Below are positions 43,352 to 52,443 of a DNA stretch of 64,000 bases, in pieces. A model generated the notes under the pieces. The model was not told where the DNA came from. It made no database searches and saw only the letters and a list, made by a program, of their open reading frames with translations. This DNA comes from an uncultured Acidobacteriota bacterium (lineage in GTDB: Bacteria > Acidobacteriota > Terriglobia > Terriglobales > Acidobacteriaceae). The stretch's first letter is position 1. Every line of letters begins with the position of its first letter. The position numbers were made by a program, and so were the translations under genes. The DNA lies in NCBI GenBank assembly GCA_963712365.1, contig CAVQHO010000001.1, forward strand, positions 32,608 to 96,607, given 5' to 3'.

Positions 43352-43883
43352 AGCTATATTGCCGGATGCAGAACAGATTCACGAATTGATCGGAGCGTAC
43401 TCCGGTGACGGAACACTTTTGCCTCGCACGCTGCCGGAGATCTGCGAGAACGTCAGGGACTTCGTGGTGCTCGAGGACAAAGGCACGATCATCGGGTGCG
43501 GCGCGCTGCACCTGTACGGAACGCACTTGGCCGAGATTCGTTCCATTACGGTTGCACCGTGGGCGCAGGGACGCGGAGGCGGCGGTCGACTGGTGAAGGC
43601 TTTGATGGCCGAAGCGAAGCGACATCAGGTGGGCTGCATCTGCCTGTTCACCCGCAAGCCTAACTTTTTTGCGGGGCAGGGATTTTCGGTTGCGCAGCGC
43701 GAGGATCTGCCGGACAAGATTTATAAAGACTGTCATGCGTGTCCGAGATTTCACTGCTGCGATGAAGTGGCCATGGTGCGGGGAAACCTGCCGAAGTTCG
43801 CGATTCTGCCGGAACCGGCAAACTGGCTGGTGAAGTTGCAGGGGTGGTCCCCGGAAGCATCGGACTCCGGACGTTCTAGCTGA
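43338..43883 (+). CDS. Short GNAT amino-acid N-acetyltransferase (short-form N-acetylglutamate synthase candidate)
   Basis: ATG at 43338 overlaps the argH 3' end by 14 nt. GNAT motif AQGRGGGGRLVKALMAEA. C-terminal Cys motif KDCHACPRFHCCDEVAM. Confidence 0.75.
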   Translation: MRTRKAILPDAEQIHELIGAYSGDGTLLPRTLPEICENVRDFVVLEDKGTIIGCGALHLYGTHLAEIRSITVAPWAQGRGGGGRLVKALMAEAKRHQVGCICLFTRKPNFFAGQGFSVAQREDLPDKIYKDCHACPRFHCCDEVAMVRGNLPKFAILPEPANWLVKLQGWSPEASDSGRSS

Positions 43884-45027
43884 GTTCCTGTGCTCCGTCT
43901 TCGGCGGAGCACAGATAGATTTGCGGCTCGATGCCGGTCGCTTTCTGATAGCGACGCGCGACCTGATCTGCGAAATCGGGAGCGTGATCGGTCTGCACCA
44001 GATTCACTGTGCAGCCACCGAATCCCCCGCCGGTCATACGACCGCCGATAAAGCCCGGCAATCCTTCGGCAGCGTCCACCATCGCGTCAAGTTCGCGGCA
44101 ACTCACCTCGTATAGATCGCGCAGGCTACGATGCGAATCTGACATTAGCTGGCCGATTCTGGAGAGATCGTTCTCTTGCAGAGCGCGCGCCGCGTCGAGA
44201 GTTCGCTGATTCTCGCGGATCACGTGGGTGCAACGTTTCGCGATTGTGGCTGGAAGATCCTTGGTGTGCCTATCGAGCAATTCGATCGAGACGTCGCGCA
44301 GAGCGCGGACGGCGGGATCCCACTTCGCGAAGTGGCGGACTCCCTCTTCGCACTCTTCGCGGCGTTTGTTGTAGGCGCCGGTCGCGAGGTCGTGTTTGAC
44401 CTTCGTGTTACAGACGACGAGTTGCAGTCCCGCCGGGATTGGGGCGAACTTGAACTCCAGTGAGCGACAATCGAGCAGGAGCGCGTGGCCCTTTTTTCCG
44501 TGGCAAGCAATGAACTGGTCCATAATGCCGACGCGGGCGCCAACGAATTCGTTCTCGGCCCGGCGACACAGCTTGGCTACATCCGATAGAGGAATATCGG
44601 CACGATCAAGGCTGATGAGTGCCAGGGCTGAAGCGACCTCAAGCGCGGCGGATGAGCTTAATCCAGCTCCAATCGGAACCTCGCCATGGACGAGCAAGTT
44701 GGCGCCACTCAGTTTCACGCCAAGTTGCTGAAGGACGCGAGCCACACCCAGCACATAGTCGCACCAGGATCCAGTCTTGCACTCGGGGAGATGGTCGATA
44801 TCGAATTCGAAGTTGCCGGAGAATTCCTCCGAGTGAATCAAGAGCTTCCGATCCGATCGGGGAGCAATCGCAACAAACGTGGAAAAGGCCACAGCGGCGG
44901 GCATGACAAAACCTTCGTTGTAGTCGGTATGCTCGCCGATAAGGTTGACGCGGCCAGGCGCACGGAAAATTCGGGGACGAGCCTCGAAGACCCTTTCGAA
45001 GATTCCGGCGAGTTCGTGAGAATTCAT
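43876..45027 (-). CDS. galK: Galactokinase
   Basis: GRVNLIGEHTDYNEGFVMP and GAGLSSSAALEVA. Confidence 0.95.
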   Translation of the reverse strand: MNSHELAGIFERVFEARPRIFRAPGRVNLIGEHTDYNEGFVMPAAVAFSTFVAIAPRSDRKLLIHSEEFSGNFEFDIDHLPECKTGSWCDYVLGVARVLQQLGVKLSGANLLVHGEVPIGAGLSSSAALEVASALALISLDRADIPLSDVAKLCRRAENEFVGARVGIMDQFIACHGKKGHALLLDCRSLEFKFAPIPAGLQLVVCNTKVKHDLATGAYNKRREECEEGVRHFAKWDPAVRALRDVSIELLDRHTKDLPATIAKRCTHVIRENQRTLDAARALQENDLSRIGQLMSDSHRSLRDLYEVSCRELDAMVDAAEGLPGFIGGRMTGGGFGGCTVNLVQTDHAPDFADQVARRYQKATGIEPQIYLCSAEDGAQELS

Positions 45028-45379
45028 CCTTAAGAGGCCCTACCCACAATGAATGTACAAGCTGTTACAAGAGCGAGGATACTAGTGGAAGTTTAAATCG
45101 AGGTTGAGAGTAAAGTCGCCGGAACCGCAAAATCTGCCCGTAGAGTCGTTGATTTTTTGGAACCTGAGCAAGCGTTCAATCCCGAAGGAGAATGTCTCGT
45201 TCCTTGCAGACACTGGACCCGGTTGCGACGGACCAGCGATATGCGCGGATCGCCCTTCTCGGGCGCAAGCATTCTATATGATTTTCGATGCGTCTTTTAC
45301 TTGTTTTCGCTCCGGCAGATGCGGTTTGGCGTGCTGCTAAAACGTTTGAGGCGAATTTTCGCCGCAAGGTTAATCCATT

Positions 45380-47296
45380 TTATGGTTGCCGGGGTTCACC
45401 CCCCGAATCCCAAGTCAGAGTCAGCGGATCACCAGAGCTTAGGGCATCCCGAATAGCAGAACGGTTCGGGCCAGCCCGATTAACCGCCGCGGACAAGGTT
45501 TGGAGAACCGTTACGATCGGCGTTCCCGGTGGGAGGCGGAATATCCACGGGATGTTGGTCGATGTCAGAGTGCGGTCGGACGAAATGGCAAGCACGGGGA
45601 TAAAGGTCTTCACCGCGATTTGTTCGGCGAGGTGGCCGGAATCGCGATCCAGAGCGATCAGAGCAAGGATGTGGTCGTTGTAGACGGCATTGACCAGATC
45701 GCTTGAGGCCTTCCCCCAAGATGTTTGGGAGTCAATCGCTATAAACGAATAGCGCCTGGAACCGAGATTTGACTGCTCCGAGAAACGGGAAAGTTCCGCA
45801 GAATGGACAACGTCTGAGGCATGAGGGCCGAAGATACCGATCTCCAGGCTACTCGCGGATTGAGTGGGCGTGGCTGGTCCCAAGTACTGAACACCAGTTT
45901 CGCCTACCTTGGCATATGGCTTCTCCATCGTAATGGGACGGTATTCGATACGGCCGTCGTGAATCCGAGCGAGAAACATCGGAGCGATGTTTTTGCAATT
46001 CGGATCGAAGATCATGTTCCCGGTAACGCCCTTGTAGCTCGTAAGGCCGGTGAGGGCATCGCGGATACGGCCTTTGTTTAGGCCCGCGCGACAGATGGCT
46101 TCGAGCAAGATCTGCATCTGGTCGTATGCCAAGGCAGCAAAGTGGTCGGGCTTCTCGTGATAGCGGGCTTGGTAACGTGAGACGAAATTCAGCCAGCGCG
46201 GGTCATTGCGGGAAGGATCGTAGGGGTAGAGTGCTTCGAATCCTTCGGCGGAAGGACCTGCAAGTTGAAGTAGTTCCTCTCCGATCGTGCGGTGGCTGCC
46301 GAAAACGCGTTGCTTCATACCAAGTTCACGCATCTGTTGCAGGATCATCGCGGCTTCGGGAATGTCGGTCCAAAGGACGATGCCGTCGACTCGCGAATCT
46401 TGGATTACCTCAAGTTGATGGCGGAAATCTGTGTCTCCCCGGAGGAATTTTTGCTCGATCACGACTGGATGGCCGAGGCGGCGGGATGCGTCGCGGAACT
46501 TGATCACTCCGAAACGTCCGTAGCGGTCGTTGATGCGCAGCAGAGCGATGCGTTTCAGGCCAAGTTCGGTGTAGAGATGCCGCGCGAGGGTATAGCCCTG
46601 AACGCGATCATCCTGAATATCGGTGTGATACCACGGGATGATGGTTTCGGGGATGGTGGGATCGGTGGAGGCACTATTGACCAGCGGAGTCTCCGCTTTG
46701 AGCGTTAAACGCAGCGCGATGTGGGTCGACTCTGAGCTGATCGAGCCAAACATGGCCCAGACTCTGTCGTCATAAATCATACGAACAGCGTCATTGGAAG
46801 CGGCTCCCCAGATGGCGGAGTCCTTCGAACTACCGGCACTGTAAGAGTTGCTGTTTTGCCAGTTGTCATAGTCATTGTGGGTGACGATGCGGAATGGCTT
46901 GCCTCCATAGCCACCTGAGGCGTTCGCCTCGTCAACCGCCATCTGAGCACCATTGAGCATGCGCGCTCCGCGAGTCTCGTCGGGATGGTCGTAGAGCGGC
47001 GCCAGGAAACCGATGCGGACCTCGGTCAAATCTTTGAGATCCGGGTCGGGAATATCGCGTGCCGCGCCGTTGTACTCGATTAAGTTCTGGTAGTGCTCGT
47101 AGTACGGAGGGGTGAACTTGGAATACGGACGCAGGTCATCGGGTGCCGCCGCATATGGCTTCAAAGTGCGGGGGGCTGGAATACCGGGAGGAGTTTTGCC
47201 ACACGCACAAGGAACGGGGGTCTGCGCGCATGCAGCACAGATGATAGCGATGGAAATCACGACGGCAGAGGCGATTCGCATAAACACACCATTCAT
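45380..47296 (-). CDS. Periplasmic-binding-protein type 1 (LivK-like) ABC substrate-binding protein, extended C-terminus, no adjacent permease or ATPase
   Basis: Signal MNGVFMRIASAVVISIAIICAACAQ. RIGFLAPL...NGAQMAVDEANASGGYGGKPF is typical of Leu/Ile/Val-type binding proteins. A partial second PBP1-like region extends it to about 640 aa. Confidence 0.8.
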   Translation of the reverse strand: MNGVFMRIASAVVISIAIICAACAQTPVPCACGKTPPGIPAPRTLKPYAAAPDDLRPYSKFTPPYYEHYQNLIEYNGAARDIPDPDLKDLTEVRIGFLAPLYDHPDETRGARMLNGAQMAVDEANASGGYGGKPFRIVTHNDYDNWQNSNSYSAGSSKDSAIWGAASNDAVRMIYDDRVWAMFGSISSESTHIALRLTLKAETPLVNSASTDPTIPETIIPWYHTDIQDDRVQGYTLARHLYTELGLKRIALLRINDRYGRFGVIKFRDASRRLGHPVVIEQKFLRGDTDFRHQLEVIQDSRVDGIVLWTDIPEAAMILQQMRELGMKQRVFGSHRTIGEELLQLAGPSAEGFEALYPYDPSRNDPRWLNFVSRYQARYHEKPDHFAALAYDQMQILLEAICRAGLNKGRIRDALTGLTSYKGVTGNMIFDPNCKNIAPMFLARIHDGRIEYRPITMEKPYAKVGETGVQYLGPATPTQSASSLEIGIFGPHASDVVHSAELSRFSEQSNLGSRRYSFIAIDSQTSWGKASSDLVNAVYNDHILALIALDRDSGHLAEQIAVKTFIPVLAISSDRTLTSTNIPWIFRLPPGTPIVTVLQTLSAAVNRAGPNRSAIRDALSSGDPLTLTWDSGGEPRQP

Positions 47297-47306
47297 TTCC
47301 GGAACG

Positions 47307-47789
47307 TCAACGGCTGGTTGATTCGCGCCGAAACATCGCAATCGCTTCGATCTCGATCAAGAGATCCGGACGGCAAAGGATGGCTTGAATGCCTGTGGAC
47401 GCCGGTAAAGGATCGAGTCCCTGCGACTTGAAGAACGCGGTGCGCTCCTGGTTAAAGGCCTCGTAGTCGCGTTCGATGTCGCGCAAATAGCAGGTTGTGC
47501 GCACGATATCGTGCCAGGTTGCTCCTTCGGCCGCGAGAAGCTGAGTGATGTTCTCGTACGTGCGCTGGAGCTGAGCCCTGAAATTGCCTACGTGAACCGT
47601 GCGACCAGCCTCGTCAATGCTGGCGGTGCCGGAGATCAGAAGAATGGTGAGACCGTTCAGATCGATTCTCATTCCTCGCGAAAACGCGCTTCCGTAGTCG
47701 TAAGCTTCGTTTAGCGTTTTGTGATTAGTCATGGCCCGTTTCACTACCGGTGCCGTGGTCACTTCTGCGATCAGCTCTTCTAAGTTCAT
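47307..47789 (-). CDS. YjgF/Rid superfamily protein
   Basis: 160 aa. LLISGTASIDEAGRTVHVGNFRAQLQRTYENITQLL...IEIEAIAM. The ISGTASI motif resembles the FkbO/Hyg5-type branch (recalled, not verified). Confidence 0.75.
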   Translation of the reverse strand: MNLEELIAEVTTAPVVKRAMTNHKTLNEAYDYGSAFSRGMRIDLNGLTILLISGTASIDEAGRTVHVGNFRAQLQRTYENITQLLAAEGATWHDIVRTTCYLRDIERDYEAFNQERTAFFKSQGLDPLPASTGIQAILCRPDLLIEIEAIAMFRRESTSR

Positions 47790-47803
47790 AAGATTGCGCC
47801 TGC

Positions 47804-48922
47804 TTATTTCGTGGTCGAATTTGGTTTCGCTGCGCTCAATACCTTTGCTGTTGTTGCAGATGATTTTTGACGTATGCCATGGCTTAAGCCCCTTGCCGTC
47901 GCGACCCAGATGTCATCACCCTGAAAATCAACGCCAAGGATGTAATTGTGGGCGGGCGCCGTTTGCACTCGGACCGCTTTGACTACTCTGGCTGCGTTTC
48001 GCACCAGCATTTCCGGCTTGTGAGTGTCGAGATTCGGACGATAGACCGCCCAATTCGTCCCGTCGTAATAGGCAAGCCCCTTATCGGTGGAAAACCATGC
48101 ACGATGGGCATCGAGCGCTTTAACCTGGCTCAGAAAATTACTCGGCAGGCCGCTATCTTTCGTGAGGAAGTTATGCCAATAACGGCCATCGTATCGGCTA
48201 GCGCCGAAATATGTGGCGACCCAAAGAATCTTGTCGACGTAGCTGACCGATGTTGTGATCTCGTGGATCAACCCTTGATCTTTCATCACTACCATCTCGG
48301 TCTCGCCGTCGGGGTCGTTGTAATCTTTCCAGTGTTCCGTGTGCTGGTCGTACTCGAGGACGCCACCTCCCCATACCGCGTAATAGACCTTGTCTTCCGC
48401 GGGGCTGACGGAATAAGTCCAGATTTCGTACATCGGAGTGTTGCGCTCGTTGAAGAGCGACCATTGGCCGCTGCGTATGTTTAGACGGCTCGCGCCGGCG
48501 GCTGTCGCCGTCCACACGAAGTCGCCCTGCACACCCACCCCATAGACGATGTCGTTGCTCAACCCAGAGTTCAGTTGAGTGAACGTATCAAACCGTCCCG
48601 CTGACAACCGGTTGAGCCCTGCCATGGTTCCGATCCACAGATCGCCCGTGCTCTTGTCTAGGGCGAGGGAAAGGACCGCTTGGTGCGCGAGGCCATCGGC
48701 TGGACGGAAGACTCTCCATGAGCCACGCTCGTACAGACCGAGCCCATTGTCGGTGCCCGCCCATATGCGTTGCCCGTCGACCAGAACACAGTACACATGA
48801 TTGTCGGGCAGACCGTTGATGGCAGTGAAATTTTCCCATCGAAACATCGGCACGTCTTGGGCCCACACGAACGATCCGACAAGGGTAATGGCACACAACG
48901 CGATGAATAATTTTGCTTTCAT
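47804..48922 (-). CDS. Exported beta-propeller protein (two-component-regulator propeller repeats)
   Basis: Signal peptide. Repeated GLP.N.V..v..D....WigT..GL motifs. Confidence 0.75.
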   Translation of the reverse strand: MKAKLFIALCAITLVGSFVWAQDVPMFRWENFTAINGLPDNHVYCVLVDGQRIWAGTDNGLGLYERGSWRVFRPADGLAHQAVLSLALDKSTGDLWIGTMAGLNRLSAGRFDTFTQLNSGLSNDIVYGVGVQGDFVWTATAAGASRLNIRSGQWSLFNERNTPMYEIWTYSVSPAEDKVYYAVWGGGVLEYDQHTEHWKDYNDPDGETEMVVMKDQGLIHEITTSVSYVDKILWVATYFGASRYDGRYWHNFLTKDSGLPSNFLSQVKALDAHRAWFSTDKGLAYYDGTNWAVYRPNLDTHKPEMLVRNAARVVKAVRVQTAPAHNYILGVDFQGDDIWVATARGLSHGIRQKSSATTAKVLSAAKPNSTTK

Positions 48923-50811
48923 AGAGTTTTTAGGTACTCGATGAGATCGTTCAACTCATCTTTAGTTAGGTCGTTGGTTACACCGTGCGTGTCTTTCGGA
49001 TTGAAGATCGTCCAGATTTCTTCGAGTGAGCGGGCCGAACCATCATGCAAATAAGGAGCTGAGTAAGCGATGTTGGAGAGTTGCGGGACATCAACCAGGG
49101 GAGAGCGATCAATCTTTTTTCCGGAGCCAACGTCAAACTGACGCTGATTTGTGTACTTCGGCCCGCTATGGCAAGAGCCGCACTGATTTGCCTCTGGAAT
49201 TGGTTTTCCGTTTTTCGATTTCACACGTTCAAAGATCGCCTTGCCACGCTCCTGAGCTGCCGTCAAATTACCGTCAGATGAGCGATAACGATTTGGGCGA
49301 TATGGCAGCGAGTAGACGAATGTGACTAGATCAGTAAGCTGCTGCTGAGTGAAGCTCTGCGAGCGGAAGAAGAATTTCTCCGTTCGAGGTCCACACTCGG
49401 TAGGCATGTCCGGATTTCCGCCATTCCATTTGAATGGTTCCGTGCCTGACAAATTTTCCAGCGAGCGGTTGTCGACAACATCTTTGCCGAAGCCGTCCGG
49501 TTCAAGATCCCATTGCAAACCGTCGATGGTTGCGTCGATGTGGCAGTTCGAACAGCCAAACTGTCCCTGGAACGCAAACTCCGAGGAATAGAAGAGGCGC
49601 TCTCCTCTTCGCAAGGCATCGACATTCTCGGGACCACCTAGAGAAATCGTCGAGATGACCTTTTCAGACTTTGTGTCGATGACGCTGATCGTGTCGTCGA
49701 GCCGGTTCGCGACGTATAGACGCCTTCCATCAGGCGAGATCGAAAGCCCGCGCGGATTCCGACCTACCGGAATCCGTTGCGACACGTAATCGGCGGATGC
49801 AGAAAGGTCGTTAACGAATGACTTGCGACGGCGCTGAACGGTCGCTAGCAGGCGGCTGACATCGATTGCCGTAATGCTTTGCGATCCCGCGGTCGAAACA
49901 AAGATCCTCGACATATCGGGAGTGATCGCGACTCCCCAAGGCAATGCGTAATACTGATCGAGCTCGTCGATCGGAATTTGAATGACGCCGTTGATCTTTT
50001 TTCCAAACAGTGTGAGCGAGTCACCGAAAGCCCATCCGTGTTCAACGTGTGCGAGCGGAATCAGATTCTTGGGCCTGAGCGCCGCAGCGAACCCGAGCAT
50101 ACCGTCGGCAGACATCGCTACATGAAAAACTCCTGCAACATTGTGTAGTGGTATACGTTGAACCACTCTCTTGTCGCCAGTATCAATGATCGTAATTTCC
50201 GACTCGGGCACGGTTCGAACGGCGCCGGGATTTGGATAGACATGAGTGCAGAGGATTGTCTTGCCGTCGGGTGAAAGTGAGAGATAACTGGCGCCGCGGC
50301 CCGCCAAGAGCCGTTTCAGTTCCTTCCCTGTGCCAAGATCGATGACAGAAACGTCGCCGCTCAAACGGTTTGCTACATACAGAGTTGCTTGCTGCCGGTC
50401 AACGACTACACCGTGCGGCTCGAATCCAGTCGGCAGGTTCTGTACGACTTCCAGAGTAGTAGTGTCGATTACCGAAACGGTGTCGGAGGATGCGTCGGTC
50501 ACATAGAGCAGCTTTCCATCCGCCGAGATCGCGATGCCTCGCGGAGAATGGCCAACCGGGATCCTTCTGGTGACCTTTTCCGTGATCAGATTAACGACGC
50601 GGAGCTCATCACTGTCTTGACAAACTACGTAGAGAAGGCGTCCATCGGGCGCGAAAGCCATCTCGATTGGCGAGAGATATCGTTCTTTCAGTTGAGACGT
50701 CGGCTGTTTCGGTGCGGGGCGGGCTGCAATTGCAAGAAGGGTCAGGACGAGTACGCCAGCGATACGGAAGATCGCGGGTTTTCTTCCCTGAAATGGAGTT
50801 CCGGAGGACAT
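48919..50811 (-). CDS. YVTN-type beta-propeller fused to a di-heme cytochrome c peroxidase (CCP/MauG) domain
   Basis: Repeats of LYV.N..S..VSVID. C-terminal CSNCH and CGSCH with the YLHDGSARSLEE motif of di-heme peroxidases. ATGA overlap with the next gene. Confidence 0.8.
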   Translation of the reverse strand: MSSGTPFQGRKPAIFRIAGVLVLTLLAIAARPAPKQPTSQLKERYLSPIEMAFAPDGRLLYVVCQDSDELRVVNLITEKVTRRIPVGHSPRGIAISADGKLLYVTDASSDTVSVIDTTTLEVVQNLPTGFEPHGVVVDRQQATLYVANRLSGDVSVIDLGTGKELKRLLAGRGASYLSLSPDGKTILCTHVYPNPGAVRTVPESEITIIDTGDKRVVQRIPLHNVAGVFHVAMSADGMLGFAAALRPKNLIPLAHVEHGWAFGDSLTLFGKKINGVIQIPIDELDQYYALPWGVAITPDMSRIFVSTAGSQSITAIDVSRLLATVQRRRKSFVNDLSASADYVSQRIPVGRNPRGLSISPDGRRLYVANRLDDTISVIDTKSEKVISTISLGGPENVDALRRGERLFYSSEFAFQGQFGCSNCHIDATIDGLQWDLEPDGFGKDVVDNRSLENLSGTEPFKWNGGNPDMPTECGPRTEKFFFRSQSFTQQQLTDLVTFVYSLPYRPNRYRSSDGNLTAAQERGKAIFERVKSKNGKPIPEANQCGSCHSGPKYTNQRQFDVGSGKKIDRSPLVDVPQLSNIAYSAPYLHDGSARSLEEIWTIFNPKDTHGVTNDLTKDELNDLIEYLKTL

Positions 50812-52443
50812 CTACGGCTCCTCCACGACAAGAACTCGATCGATGGCTAGATTCTCCAAGACCTGCTCGCGCCCGCTAGTCCAGCGCACAGTCAGCTTGT
50901 CAACCTTTGTTGCCGATCCGAGGCCGAAGTGGGTGCGCCCATCATCCTGGGAAAGATAGCCGGATCCGGCTACGCGTTCCGCGATCTGGGCACGCCCGCC
51001 AGCGACGATTTCCAGGCGCGTTCCGATTCCGTCGCGATTGCTCTTCTTCCCTTTTAGCTGCACCGCGAGCCAGTGATGATTGTTCTGTGAGATGTTGTGC
51101 AGCAGGATCGCTGGCGCACCAAGGTTGACGACGAAGGAATCAAGCTTGCCGTCATTGTCGTAGTCCGCGAAACATGCCCCTCGGGAAACGGTCTTCAGTT
51201 CGAGTAGCGGACCCGCGTCGCGTGATACATCAGTGAACTTGCCGTTGCCAAGCCCGCGAAACAGCGACTGTTCCTGCGGAACCAGGTGGATCAACCCGCC
51301 GTGAAAGATCAGAATGTCGAGCCAGCCGTCGTTGTCGAAATCATAAATGCCGGATCCCCAGCTCGTGTACTGGGCCGTGGCTTGAGAGATACCGGAGGTA
51401 GGACCGATGTCCTCGAAACCATTCGGGGATGCGTTACGCATCAGCCGGTTATATTTTGAATCGGTGACAAGAAGGTCGAGACGGCCGTCGCCATCGATGT
51501 CGGCGAAAACCGGACCCATGGCGGAAGTGCTCTCGCCATTCTGTCCGTAGGCCACGCCGACATCTGATGCAATTTCTTCAAACGTTCCATCGTGCTTGTT
51601 GTGAAACAGAAAATTCTCGGTCTTGTCATTGGCGACATAGATATCCGGATAGCCATCGTTATCGAAATCAGACGCTGTGACTCCCATGGTGCGGCCCTTG
51701 AACCCGCCGATGCCAGACTTGTCTGTGACGTCAGTGAATGTTCCGTTGCAGTTGTTGTGAAATAGACGATTCGTGTCCCCCGCGTAGTCGAGCGGTCCAG
51801 GGTAGTTGTCGGCCGCATAGAAATTGCGATACTTCGGATCGAATTTCACATAGCGGCCGACGAATAGGTCGACACATCCGTCGCGATCGTAGTCGAGCCA
51901 TGTTGAGCTGATGGACCAGCCAGTGACTTCGACGCCGGCCTTGGCTGTCACGTCGGAGAAAGTCCCGTCCCCGTTGTTGCGGTAGAGAATTGCTTTGCCG
52001 TAGCCGGTGACGAAGAGGTCTACGAAACCGTCGTTGTCGAAATCTGCCGCTATTGCGGCCATTCCATAGATGTTGGCTGCAACGCCGGCTTGGTCCGTGA
52101 CGTCAGTGAACGTGCCGTCGCGATTATTTCTGTACAAATGGTTGTGAGGAGGAGTCGCAGGAGGCTGTTTCAGCGGGTAGGGATGAATGCCACCGTCGAG
52201 CGGCTTGCCGCTGGCAACGTAAAGGTCGGGAAATCCGTCGTTGTTGTAGTCGAACCAGACACAACCCGAACCAGTGCTTTCGAGAAGAGAACCAAGCTTT
52301 TGCGATCCGAAGCTGTGTGTGAATCCAATTCCAGACTTTATGGTCGCATCGTCAAACTTGATGGTGTTGGCTGCGTTGGTGGGTAAAGTCTGTGCGACTG
52401 ATGATGAGGCTAAAAGAAGAATGGCGACAACCCTGAGTATCAC
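50812..52443 (-). CDS. CRTAC1 family protein (FG-GAP/VCBS repeats plus ASPIC/UnbV domain)
   Basis: Repeated FDNDG.PD.YV motifs. C-terminal NRDGIGTRLEIVAGGRAQIAERVAGSGYLSQDDGRTHFGLG. GTGA overlap with the upstream gene. Confidence 0.85.
   Translation of the reverse strand: MILRVVAILLLASSSVAQTLPTNAANTIKFDDATIKSGIGFTHSFGSQKLGSLLESTGSGCVWFDYNNDGFPDLYVASGKPLDGGIHPYPLKQPPATPPHNHLYRNNRDGTFTDVTDQAGVAANIYGMAAIAADFDNDGFVDLFVTGYGKAILYRNNGDGTFSDVTAKAGVEVTGWSISSTWLDYDRDGCVDLFVGRYVKFDPKYRNFYAADNYPGPLDYAGDTNRLFHNNCNGTFTDVTDKSGIGGFKGRTMGVTASDFDNDGYPDIYVANDKTENFLFHNKHDGTFEEIASDVGVAYGQNGESTSAMGPVFADIDGDGRLDLLVTDSKYNRLMRNASPNGFEDIGPTSGISQATAQYTSWGSGIYDFDNDGWLDILIFHGGLIHLVPQEQSLFRGLGNGKFTDVSRDAGPLLELKTVSRGACFADYDNDGKLDSFVVNLGAPAILLHNISQNNHHWLAVQLKGKKSNRDGIGTRLEIVAGGRAQIAERVAGSGYLSQDDGRTHFGLGSATKVDKLTVRWTSGREQVLENLAIDRVLVVEEP

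Noticed and set aside
45028-45379. The 352-bp gap between galK and the binding-protein gene as a possible ncRNA or riboswitch.
   Set aside because: I could recognise no conserved RNA motif. The only structure is a weak GGCGAA-TT-TTCGCC hairpin (45350-45363). The evidence is insufficient.
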